Source of the DNA: Octopus sinensis
Lineage: Eukaryota
NCBI RefSeq assembly: GCF_006345805.1
Contig: NC_043004.1
Location: 49,228,001 to 49,292,000, forward strand
Reading direction: 5' to 3'
Length of the DNA stretch: 64,000 nucleotides
A model generated the notes under the pieces. The model was given only the letters and a program-made list of their open reading frames with translations, did not search any database and had not been told where the DNA came from. Within the stretch, counting starts at the first letter, position 1. Each line of letters begins with the position of its first letter. Below, one piece after another: positions 11,366 to 22,622 of this stretch. The position numbers and the translations under genes are program-made.

Positions 11366-11371
11366 AATATA

Positions 11372-12667
11372 CAGGGTTGACACAAAATCATTAATTTTAG
11401 CTGCAAACAAATTTTATTGACATCAATGTATTTGTATTGAATTAGCATTTGTCAAAATCAAGTGTGGGAAACAACATCAATCATGTGATGTCCGTTTTCC
11501 TTGATGCATTTCTGAAGGTGCTCTTGGAAGTTGGCCTTCACTCTCTCCGACATTGCTCTGTTGATTTGGGCGACTTCCACGCGAATAGCTTCCTTCAGAT
11601 CGTCCAGTGCACGGGGTTTATGCGCATACACACTTGCCTCGAGGTTTCCCCACAAGAAATAATCACACTGGACAAATCAGGGGACCGAGGAAGCTAAAGA
11701 ATGTCAGCAAGCTTGGAAATGAAGTGGTCACCGAAGAGAGGGCGAAGAACGTTCATTGATATCCTGGAAGTGTGGGCCGTCGCCCCATCCTTCCGAAACC
11801 ACACACATCGAATAGGCATACGTTTTCGTCGTAATTCAGGCACAAAGAAGTTGTTTATCATTTCGATGTAACGCTCGGAGTTCAGAGTAACAGCATTTCC
11901 ATTAATGTCTTCAAAAAAGGTAAGGACCAATGACGGCAGCTTTTCCAATAGCTCACCAGACCGTCACTTTTGGGCTGTGCAGTGGTCTTTCGTGCAGTTC
12001 TCTCGAATGTCCAAGAGCCCAATAACGACATTTCTGTTGATTCACCATGCCACTGAGATGAAAATGAGCTTCATCGCTCATTAACAAAATGAGGTTGTGA
12101 TTTGCCTCAAAAATTGCTTCCATCTGATGTGCGAAGTTAAGTCGCTGTACATAGTCCCATGGTTTCAATTGTTGCCCAATGACCAATTTGTACGGGTGGA
12201 AATGCAGATCTTCATGCAAAATACGCCTTACTGATCGATTACCGATGCCAAGTTCAGTGGAATGCTTCCGAGCAGAACGATTCGGACTCCGTATCAAAGC
12301 TTGTCTGAGGCGTTCCACATTTTCCGGGGTCCGTACCGTTCGTGGCATCCCCACCGGTCTACTATTCATTAGTGTACCTCGTGTACGAAGTGCATTTACC
12401 CAACGTAAGATTGTGTTACGGGTGGGAACGGTGAATGTTGAAGTGACGCTGAAACTCAAGTTGAACGGCTGTGACAAAATCGTTATTCTTCACATAACTG
12501 TCATAGACAAACACGTGACGCTCTATCATCCACAGTGCCATGGCTTCACCTGAAAAGAAAAAAAAAGGCTAAGACACCACGGACCGAATGGTACCCGTCG
12601 GACATATGACGCTTCTCCTGGGGCTGAGTAATAGCCATTTCAAAAACGTCTGCCCTCTCTACCCCTG
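11372..12667 (-). mobile_element. Tc1/mariner DD41D-like (rosa-type) transposon, pseudogenised
   Basis: ORFs 11953..12477 (SDEAHFHL), 11694..11948 (WFRKDGATAH) and 11458..11655; PRSPDLS..DYFLWG gives ~41 aa D-D spacing. Ends are TA|CAGGG...CCCTG|TA. Confidence 0.88.
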
Positions 12668-13134
12668 TATCATTTTTTTTTTGCTACGCAAGAGGGAGCC
12701 TTTCCGTTTATGATCTCGCATCATACCAGTCTCTCTCTCGCATCATACCTTATCGTCTTAAAAAAATAGGATATATTGGACAGTGTAGTCCTAATATATT
12801 TAAAGACGGGATACTCATGGCTGGAGTGACCATGGCTGGAATGATCATGGATAAAATGCCTTTGCTCCCAGGTCTACTTGATCAGGGCTGAGAAAATGGG
12901 CTAAAAAACAACAAAATAACCAACAACTATAGTGTGAACCAACACGAGAGAAAATCCCAGCGCTCACGGAGAATCCACAACGTGGACAGGCTAGAAAGAG
13001 TGAAGAAGCTCGCTTTGCAATCACGTGATTTCAGATTCAGTTCAGCCGCGCGACACTTTGGGCAAAAATATATTCTACTATATCGCCGGACCGAAGAAAG
13101 CTTTGTGAATGAATTTGTGGGACGGAAACTGTGT

Positions 13135-13365
13135 TTAGGGCGGCGAGCTTGCAGAAATGTTAGCACGCCGGGCGAAATGCTTAGCGGTATTTCGTCTGCC
13201 GCTACGATTGGAGTTCAAATTCCGCCGAGGTCGAGTTTGCCTTTCATCCTTTCGGGGTCGATTAAATAAGTACCAGTTGCGCACCGGGCTCGATCTAATC
13301 GACTTAATCCCTTTGTCTGTCCTTGTTTGTCTCCTCTGTGTTTAGCCCCTTGTGGGCAATAAATA
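13135..13365 (+). mobile_element. SINE family B inserted into an old family A SINE (~12995-13690)
   Basis: TSD GGAAACTGTGT at 13124-13134 and 13366-13376. Confidence 0.88.
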
Positions 13366-14184
13366 GGAAACTGTGTGGAAGCCAGTCGTGTGTGCTTGCG
13401 TGCGTGTGTGTGTGTGTGTATGTGTGTGTGTGTGTGTGTATGTGTGTGTGTGTGCGCGCGTGTGTGTGTGTATGTGTGTATGCACGCGTACGTGTGTGTT
13501 CATCACTGCTTGAGAACTGGTATTGGTTTGTTTATGTCCCTGTAAACTGTAGGTTTCGCTAAAGAGACAGAATAAGTACCAGACTTTAAAAAAAAAAGTA
13601 CTGGGGTCGACTAGTTCGACTAAAACGGCTTCAGGCAGTGCTCCAGCCTGGCCACAGTCCAGTGACTGAAACACGAAAAAGGTATACGATATAAAAAGAT
13701 TCTAAAAACCTACCGCCCTTTTAAAAAAAGACAAAGAACACATTTTGGTATTATAGTCTTAAATATACTGTATCTGAAAGGATAAAGTAAGTAGACCCAA
13801 TTTACATTATTAAACAGATTTAGTTGGATAGTCTTGCCTCCCAACCACATTGTTTCTAGTTAAGTCACATTGCGTGGAACTTTGGCCAAGTGCCTTGGGA
13901 CGACCAAAGCCTTGTGAGTGAATTTAGTAGATGGAAACTAAAAGAAACTCGTCGTATATATATGTTCTTTTATTCTTTTACTTGTTTCAGTCATTTGACT
14001 GCAGCCATGCTGGAGCACCACCTTAAAGGGTTTTAGTCGAAAGAATCACCACCAAGACTTATTCTTTGTAAACCTAGTACTTATTTTATAGGTTTCTTTT
14101 GCCGAACCGCTAAGTTACGATGACACAAACACACCAGCATTGAGGCTATAGTAGAAGCACCGAGGCTATTGTAGAATCCTGGCT

Positions 14185-14372
14185 TTGGGTGAAAGAAAAT
14201 ACAGAAGTGTCAGTTACTTATCATTTTATTCAACATATTCCCTTCTCAGACTCACACACTTATTGCAGCAGGTCTTCAGTTCTTCTAAGCCCTGTAACAG
14301 AACTCGGAAGGTTAAGCCTCCAACCAGACATTTTACGACACCCTTAAAAGTCAGGAACTTTTCAGCAACCGC
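14185..14372 (-). mobile_element. mariner 3'-end remnant
   Basis: LQGLEELKTCCNKCVSLRREYVE* resembles the mariner C-terminus (KCV...G.YVE). Confidence 0.6.
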
Positions 14373-14948
14373 AAGTATATATGCGCGCGCGTCTGTGTGT
14401 AGGGACACACACACACACACTCACCCACCATTACCGTTTGACAACCGGTGTTGGTGTGTTTATGTCCAAGTAACTTGGCAGTTCGGCAAAAGTGGAAAAA
14501 TAGAATAGGTGCGAGGCTTAAAAAGAAAATAAGTATTTGGGTCTATTAGTTCGACTAAAATTTCCCGAGGCAGTGCCCCAGCATGACCGCAGTCAAATGA
14601 CTAAAACAAACAAAAGGTAAAAGATAAAAGAAGCCATGGCTCTGCACGTTTAGGGGCTGGTTCGGGGCTACACAACAACAACAACAACAGCTATATACCC
14701 TTGATGCAGTACCTGCTTTTCTTAAGTATCCGACAACCATTTCTGCTACTTCTTAAATTACCTAACAGTAACTTCAAGCAGTAGTAAGGGTCTGAGATAA
14801 GAAGGGGTGAGATGAGGTGAGGGTGAGTGGAGACGCTAACTCATAGGGGTTGGTTCGTGAAGGGGCGGTGGAGGAAAGCGTTGGTGAGGAGTTGTCGGTG
14901 AGTCTAGAAATGGTGTCGCTTTTCTAAAGCAGTAGCATCAGCAGCAAC

Positions 14949-15022
<74 letters not shown>

Positions 15023-15149
15023 TAGTAGTAGTATTGATATTGTTGGTTGTAGTAATAATGAAGGAGTAGTAATAATGGTGGTGATGATGGTGGTAGTGGT
15101 GACGGTGGTAGTGGTGTCGTGGTAGATATTGTAGATGTTGGTTGTGTAA

Positions 15150-15190
<41 letters not shown>

Positions 15191-15561
15191 GTATGCATTG
15201 TGTGAGAGAGCATGTGAGAGTGTGTGTGTGTGTGTGTGTGGATGTATTGCTCCCCTCCCCCCCATTTCATTTGCTCGTATTTTATTTGAATGGCGTCTAG
15301 TTGCTTCTAATTCCGCCCACACACGTCTGCTGTCTGCGCAAATGTCTCTGTCTGCTTGTCTGCCGGTCTGTCTATCAGTCTAATGCGTGTACTTTGTGCA
15401 TGCCTTTTCGCTTCGCAATCACGTGCTCCTAGATTCAATCCTACGGCTGGACACATTGGACGAAATGTCTTCTACCATACAGCACCGAACCGACCAATAC
15501 CTTGTAAGCAGTGCCGTCTTAAGGCATGGGCACATTCGGCTGCTGCCAAGGAGCCCAATTT

Positions 15562-15981
15562 GGATCTTTTCGGTTTGAACGGCAGTTTTTTCTAGTGGTG
15601 CCATGTGAAATTGTCACCCATAATTATGACCCTAGTATCGATCTATTGCATTTCAATCTGTTTTAGGGTTAGGGTTAGTTCGGGTTAGGGGGGAAGGGTA
15701 TCTTTTTTTCTTCACAAATGTAAATAAACCCAATCTGTTTCTTAAACGAGGGACATATTCATACGGCACAGAATGTTTTTTACCTCAATCGATGTCAGTG
15801 ATTTGTTGAAATTGCAGAAATTGAAGAAAAAACAACAAATATCTTACAAACTAAAGAATTTTCTCAATAAAGCCAAGAGAAAAAGATGTTTAATAAACAC
15901 ATTCTACCGGTATGCGAAGTTTAAAAGTGTTTAGTTACCTAGAAATTATGTTAAAAACTGCCGTTCAAACCGAAAATATCC
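15562..15981 (-). mobile_element. GG-terminal MITE, copy 3, flanked by a 77-bp direct repeat
   Basis: Same TIRs in reverse orientation; flanks 15485-15561 and 15982-16058. Confidence 0.92.
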
Positions 15982-16636
15982 CCGAGCCGACCAATACCTT
16001 GCAAGCAGTGCCGTCTTAAGGCATGGCCACATTCGGCTGCTGCCTAGGAGCCCAATTTTAATCTATGTATTCCTGCGGCTTGTTAAAGAATAAATACTAT
16101 TGGTTCCAGTACATTGATTTGCCCAGAGGCTTATAATACAGCTAAGACGGCCCTGCTTGTAATTGAATTTGATAAGCGGAAACTGTGTGGAAGACTGTCG
16201 TATAAGCGTGGATGCGTGTGTGTGTGTTTGTGTGCGTGTGTGTGAGACCCTGTTTGTGTTTCTCCCCACGTCCGCGCTTGAAAACCAGTGTTTGTTTCAT
16301 TATGTCCTTATAACTTTGAGGATTCGGTCGGCGAAACAAGAGATCGATTCTCTAAGTATCAAAGCTTCAAATAAGTGCTGGAGGTGATTTGTTCGACTAA
16401 ACCCTTCAAGAGGATGCTCCAGCATCACTGCAGTGCACTGAATAAAACCAATAAAAGAGTAAAATAGAGAGGGAAAGGGAGAGGGAGAGGAGGAGGTGGC
16501 TTCAGTGACTCATAAATTCGACCAAAATAAATGAAAATCATAACAGTTAAAGTGGTTTATATTTCTATAACACCGATAAATCAGTTTAGCAATGACACGC
16601 TACAACATGTTAGTTACTATAAAATGTACATAGAGG

Positions 16637-16880
16637 GCGCAGGTGTGGCTGTATAGTAAGTAGTTTGCTTCCCAACTACATGGTTATGGTTTCGGGTTCA
16701 GTCCCACTGCATGGTACCTTCGGCTTGTGACTTCTATAACAGCGTCGGGCTGATCAAAGCCTTGTGATAGGATTTGGCTGACGGAAACTGAAAGAAGCCC
16801 GTCATATATGTGCATGTATGTATGTGTGTGTGTGTGTGTCTGTCTGTGTGTGAGTGTATGTCTTTTGTCTGTGTTTGTCT
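16637..16880 (+). mobile_element. SINE family A, 5' part
   Basis: Head, core and (TG)n. Confidence 0.8.
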
Positions 16881-16889
16881 CCTCAACAA

Positions 16890-17001
16890 CGTGAAATGAA
16901 GCGCTTTGCTCAAGAGCACAACGCATCGTCGGTCCAGGGATCGAAACCACAATCTTACAATCATGAGTCCAACTCCCTAACCACTAAGCCACGCGCCTCC
17001 A
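16890..17001 (-). mobile_element. tRNA-derived SINE head (family C/D)
   Basis: GTGGCTTAGTGG (A box) and GGTTTCGATCCC (B box). Confidence 0.65.
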
Positions 17002-17223
17002 CTAGAGTTGTAGTAGAAGAGGAAGAGAGTAGATAGTGCGCTTGTGGGCCAGAGGGTGGAGTATGCCTATGGATGACTTTGATGCCAATCAGTCGAGTGT
17101 TCCTTTACTGGATGCGTCTAAGATGTCTCTGTGTGGGACCACATCACTTTTCTGGATGATGTGAGTAAACTCAATTTTAGTCCATCCCTGAGCTTTATAG
17201 AAAATCAATAATTGTTAGTCTCA

Positions 17224-17630
17224 AAGGCGGCGAGCTGGCAGAAATGCTAGCACGCCGGGCGAAATGCGTAGCCGTATTTCGACTGCCGTTACGTTCTGAG
17301 TTCAAATTCCGCCGAGATCGACTTTGGCTTCCATCCTTTCGGGGTCGATTACATAAGTACCAGTTACGCACTGAGGTCGATATAATCGACTTAATCCGTT
17401 TGTTTGTCCTTCTTTGTCCCCTCTGTGTGTAATCCCTTGTGGGCAGTAAAGAAATAAGTATTTCGTCTGTATTTACGTTCTGAGTTGAAATTCCGCCGAG
17501 GTCGACTTTGCCTTTCATATTTTCGAGGTCGATAAATTAAGTACCAGTGAAACACTGGAGTCGATGTAAACGACTAGTCCCCTCCTCCACAAAAAATCAG
17601 GCCTTGTGCCTTTAGTAGAAAGGATTATTA
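17224..17630 (+). mobile_element. SINE family B head-to-tail dimer
   Basis: A full young copy followed by a body that restarts at GTATTTCGTCTG and ends in the older tail. Confidence 0.88.
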
Positions 17631-17761
17631 GAGCTTGTTTTGTTGGAAAATACAAGTTTGGTATATCTCCTTGGCGGATGCTTTCGAGGTTTCTGTTCGT
17701 GGAATCAATGCAGATGCGGTGTGTGCTCTGTACGAGTACGAGTAGATAATACATAGATAAT

Positions 17762-17996
17762 TTTTTTCTTTACTACCCACAAGGGGCTAAACACAGAGGG
17801 GGCAAACAAAGACAGACAAAGGGATTAAGTCGATTACATCGACCCCAGTGCGTAACTGGTACTTAATTTATCGACCCCGAAAGGATGACAAGCAAAGTCG
17901 ACCTCGGTGGAATTTGAACTCGGAACGTAACGACAGACGAAATACGGCTACGCATTTCACTCGGTGTGCTAACGTTTCTGCCAGCTCGCCGCCTTC
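17762..17996 (-). mobile_element. SINE family B
   Basis: Reverse complement of the family B sequence. Confidence 0.9.
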
Positions 17997-18403
17997 ATCC
18001 ATGGTAATGTTAGGGAAAAATGAAAAGTAACGTCATCTGCCTAAGATCGAGCGTTGTTGAACGTGACAGCAAGTAAATCATTGATATATAGAAGAAAGAG
18101 ATTGAGTGAAAAAACCTCTGGCATGCCAGAGTCAATAGAATAAGAGACGGAAAGTGTTCCATCATCACACGCCCTTATAGTGTGATCTGATAGGAAGCTA
18201 CCGAGCTAAGAGGTGAGAAACTGGTAGAACCCAGAGGATGGGGTCTATATTTCAATAGATGAGCATACTACACACGATTGAAAGATTTGTTGATGTCAAG
18301 GACAACGTAGCTTTTACAAGTCAAGGTGACATAGAAGAGTTGGTGACTAGCGAATTTGGCTTAGCGGAAACCGTAGTGGAGGTCGCTAAAGAGAGAGAGC
18401 GAA

Positions 18404-18434
<31 letters not shown>

Positions 18435-18704
18435 AGTATTTCTTTATTCACCATAAGGTTGAGGAAAAGAGGGGACGATACGAGGACAGACAAAACAAAC
18501 GTTGGGGTCAGGGTGTCGAATGAGACGAAACGTATGAATAAACAAACAATTAAAATATATACAATTAAATGAGAATGAGTGATTAACAAAAAAAATGAAG
18601 CGGAGGACGCGGTCGACCCCACAAACCACATACTCACACTGAAGACTTGCTTTATCCTTTTTTTACATTCTCGATTAAACAGGTTCTTTCACTCGCAACA
18701 TACT

Positions 18705-18877
18705 TGCTGCCGTTACGTTCTGAGTTCAAATTCCGCCGAGGTCGCCTTTCATCCTTTCGGTGTCGATAAATAAAGTACCAGTTTCGCACTGGGGGGTCGA
18801 TGTAATCGACTTAATCCCTTTGTCTGTCCTTGTTTGTCCCCTCTATGTTTAGCCCCTTGTGGGCAGTAAAGAAATAT
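18705..18877 (+). mobile_element. SINE family B, 5'-truncated
   Basis: Central domain and tail. Confidence 0.85.
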
Positions 18878-18990
18878 ATATACTTCCATCTTTTACGAAA
18901 CACACTTTGCGACAGGCATTTCTTTTCCGGCCTTATTTTCCGTTTCATGTGGGAACGAAAAAGTCGATTAGCTCGAGACTGGAGATGAAC

Positions 18991-19070
<80 letters not shown>

Positions 19071-19120
19071 CAGGGTACGGCAGGACGTCGTTGTTAATAG
19101 CTGTCTCCATTACCTTAGAG

Positions 19121-19322
19121 CAGTGCTTTTCAAACTTTTTGCTGGAGCGGAACCCCAAGGAAACATTCCACTGGCTCGAGGAACCCCTGTGCAATAATTT
19201 AATAGTCTTATGCACACATATCTGCACAGGAGACTTAAAAAATGACTGCCGATTTTAGCAGTTTTGTAACTTCTTGCGGAACCCCTGGACTGTACTGGCG
19301 GAACCCTGGTTGAAAAGCACTG
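19121..19322. mobile_element. hAT (Charlie-like) MITE
   Basis: TIR CAGTGCTTTTCAA; 8-bp TSD CCTTAGAG at 19113-19120 and 19323-19330. Confidence 0.92.
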
Positions 19323-19401
19323 CCTTAGAGATTTGGAAGCATTTCGTTTGTCTTCATGGATTTTTTTTTGTTGTTTACATGTCTGACTTTGTCTCCACGA
19401 A

Positions 19402-19483
<82 letters not shown>

Positions 19484-20245
19484 AACATGTGTTCTTTTAT
19501 ATCTCCGTATGTGTCTGCCTGTCTGTCTGCTGTGTGTATCTGTGTTTCTGATCACTGCTTCTCTGCATAAGAATGTGTCCTTCAACATGTGTATTTTTTG
19601 TGCAAATGTGTGTGTGTGTGTGTGTGTGTGTGCGTAAATGCATTTCCATGTGCGTATGTGTGTGAATGCGTGCGAATATATGACTCTCTAACAAGTGTTT
19701 GCGTCTGTCTATGAGTCAGTGTGTGAATGACTACACACAAGCACACTCACACATGCACACACACACACACAAACACACACACATACACGCACACACACAC
19801 AAGCGCGCACTAACACAGTTTTGTGTATATGAATGTTTAAATGCGTGTCTGTATTGCTATGTGTGTGTGGGGGGTGTATGGGCGTGGGTGTATGGGCGTG
19901 CGTGAGGGCGCGCGCGCATGTTTATGTCAGTGTGTGTTGGTGTCAAGAGTCTGTATATACATCAATGTATGTGTGTGTACGTATGTGCTATGCCGCTGTG
20001 CGTTTGAACGCTTGTATCTGTGTGTGTGTGGTGTGTACGCGCGCGCGTATAGGTGTGTGTGTGTTAGATTTCTGTGTTTATATGTGTGTGTGTGTGTGTG
20101 TGTGTGCGAGCGCGCGGGCGTTTGTGTGTGATGTCGACAGAACAGTTTAATTACTGACCGTCTGCTTTTTTGCTGCTTCATATTTCAATATAGCACAGAA
20201 TTAATTCATAGGGTGACCTACATAGACAGGGAATTCAACAGTAAC

Positions 20246-20281
<36 letters not shown>

Positions 20282-20489
20282 ACACACACACACGCACAGA
20301 CCTGTTATAGTACATTAGAATATTTAGCGATGGTGAATACTCAAACATAGTTTTAAGGTTTCTTGCTCTTTTTTATATTTTTTCCTAGATCCACTACAAC
20401 ATATATAAAAAAAATCAGAAACATACACACATGCATCTACACATATATATATAAGCTCACACACACACACACACACATACACACATGTA

Positions 20490-20660
20490 GAGCTATTAAT
20501 CTCGACACGTTTTTTCTTCTCTCTCTCTCCATTTTTTCGTCATCCCTCTCTGTCGAAGAGCGTAGGCTCGAAACGTTACAGACTTTTTCCATTTTTCCCG
20601 AGCGTCAAACTAATGCATCTTGCTTATTATTCCATCACCTTTTTTCTTCGCACATTTTTG

Positions 20661-20665
<5 letters not shown>
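20490..20665 (+). mobile_element. Penelope-like terminal fragment (family P1) with non-canonical hammerhead motif
   Basis: CUGUCGA-a-GAGC-guag-GCUC-GAAACGUU at 20550-20577, ending in (TA)n. Related copies at 28225-28560 (-), 46775-46920 (-) and 50470-50636 (+). Confidence 0.6.
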
Positions 20666-20704
<39 letters not shown>

Positions 20705-20729
20705 ATATATTATAAACACAGACGCCTTG

Positions 20730-21023
20730 TGTATGTCCTTTGTATTTATAGTCGTATTATTTTGGGGGTATTTTTGTATTTATATCGTGTAACATCGTCC
20801 GTTTTTCTGTCCTTGTTTCGTATACATCGATCCTTTTTCCAAGAAATCTAATGCTCGTAGCTTAGTTTTTCCTTGGGGCTGGCCAGATTGGGGCAATCTC
20901 AAGATTAATCAGCCGAAATTGCGAGGATGGTCCGGTTCTTGACTGAGGATTGGAGGCTTCGAATGACCCGTCCGTGTTTTTTGTATCGTCTATTTGGGTG
21001 TTTTGCGTTCTTGTCCCATTTTG

Positions 21024-21030
<7 letters not shown>
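20730..21030 (+). mobile_element. Unclassified (TA)n-embedded repeat (family P4), probably Penelope-like
   Basis: An inverted second copy lies at ~39830-40140; both abut (TA)n. Confidence 0.55.
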
Positions 21031-21069
<39 letters not shown>

Positions 21070-21359
21070 GGGAAACGGAAGATAAGTTTAGCACTAGTAA
21101 GACGATCGCACTGAATAAAGGCTAGTGCTGAATCTATCTTCCGTTTCCTTCATCAGTTATCACCTCAACTAACACCGCAGAATTCCTGGCGTAGATCCAG
21201 AGGAAATATACCCCAACCGTGGATGACACCAGTAACCCAGACTATGAACGTGCTTTTCTTAACACACTAATTGACACATTCCCATTAGTCCCCAAAATTA
21301 CACACACACAAACAGACAGACAGACAGACACAAACACACACACATACATATTGTATTAT

Positions 21360-21774
21360 TTTATTCTTTTACTTGTTTCAGTCATTTAACTGCGACCGTG
21401 CTGTGGGACCACCTTAAAGGCCTTTAGTCGAAGAAATCCCCTCAGGACTTATTTATTATAAGCCAAGAACTTTTCTATTGTCTTTTTGTCGAACTGCTAA
21501 GTTACAGGGACGTAAACACACCAACATCGGTTGTCAAACGATGGTGGGGGACAAACACAGACACAATATACACAATATGCATGAATTATATACTCTTTTT
21601 ACTCTTTTCAGTCATTTTCAGGCTTCTTTCAGTTTCCGTCTACCAAATTCACTCACAAGGCATTGGTCGGACCGGGGCTATAGCAGAAGACACTTGCCCA
21701 AGATGCCACGCAGTGGGACTGAGCCCGGAACCATGGTTGGTTAGCAAGCTACTTATCACACACGCCACCTGCCG

Positions 21775-21778
<4 letters not shown>
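21360..21778 (-). mobile_element. SINE family A
   Basis: Matches family A. Confidence 0.8.
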
Positions 21779-21807
<29 letters not shown>

Positions 21808-22233
21808 ATATATTATATATATATATATAATATATATGTGTGTGTGTGTGTGCGTATGTGTGTGCGTGTATATATATATATATATATATACACACGTGGG
21901 GATAACCCAAAAAAACCAGAATTTTGCATATTATTTTGTGTATATATACGTGGGGAGAACCAAGAGAAACCGGAATTCTGCAATATGATAATATATATAA
22001 TCTATATATATATATATATTATATATATAATATATATATGACGGGCTTCTTTCAGTTTCCCTCTACCGATTCCACTACAAAGCTTTAGTTGGCCCGAGCT
22101 AGAGTAGAAGTCAATTGCCCGGGGTATCACGCTGTGGAACTGAACCGGAAGAACCATGTCGTTGAGAAGCAAGCTTCTTACCACGCAGCCAAGCCTGCGC
22201 CCATGATACATACATATAATAATATATATATAT

Positions 22234-22264
<31 letters not shown>

Positions 22265-22303
22265 TTAAAAAAGGAGATGTAGAACCGAGTTGTGATATAT
22301 AAA

Positions 22304-22622
22304 AAAGGAAATGAAGAAAATGGTGACAAAATAAAATAAGTAAGGGAGAGTGTATTTAATTAGGTGAAAGTTCTTTTTACCGGTTGCGCATTTGTTATGC
22401 TTATCAAAAGATATTTTTTTAAGAGAGATAGAGTTCCTTTCTGATAGATTTTTTCTCTTATCTGATAAGAGAAAAAAATCTATCAGAAGGAACTCTATCT
22501 CTCTTAAAAAAATATCTTTTGATAAGCATAACAAATGCGCAACCGGTAAAAAGAACTTTCACCTAATTAAATACACTCTCCCTTACTTATTTTATTTTGT
22601 CAGCATTTTCTTCATTTCCTTT
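22304..22622. repeat. Near-perfect 319-bp palindrome (~159-bp arms, 1-nt spacer)
   Basis: Centre CTCTTATC-T-GATAAGAG at 22463. ORFs on the two strands (22265..22534 -, 22392..22724 +) give nearly the same peptide. Confidence 0.95.

Larger units (their letters stand above)
17005..18390 (-). mobile_element. Degenerate Jockey/CR1-like LINE RT remnants interrupted by SINEs
   Basis: 18031-18390 gives VLDINKSFNRV...LFLLYINDL...*ADD, and 17005-17200 gives YKAQ...DILD...LHPLAHKR (both with frameshifts). Confidence 0.6.

Noticed and set aside
18443-18542. TTTATTCA...GAAACGTA-TGAATAAA as a hammerhead
   Set aside because: There is no CUGANGA core, and the left part is explained by a SINE B-like tail.
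20870-20975. Hammerhead-like pieces in family P4 (GGCUGG/UCAGCC-GAAA; CUGAGGA, CUGAAGA in the 39830 copy)
   Set aside because: The core elements are not in a foldable order in either copy. The similar motif at 23300-23345 is also too degenerate.
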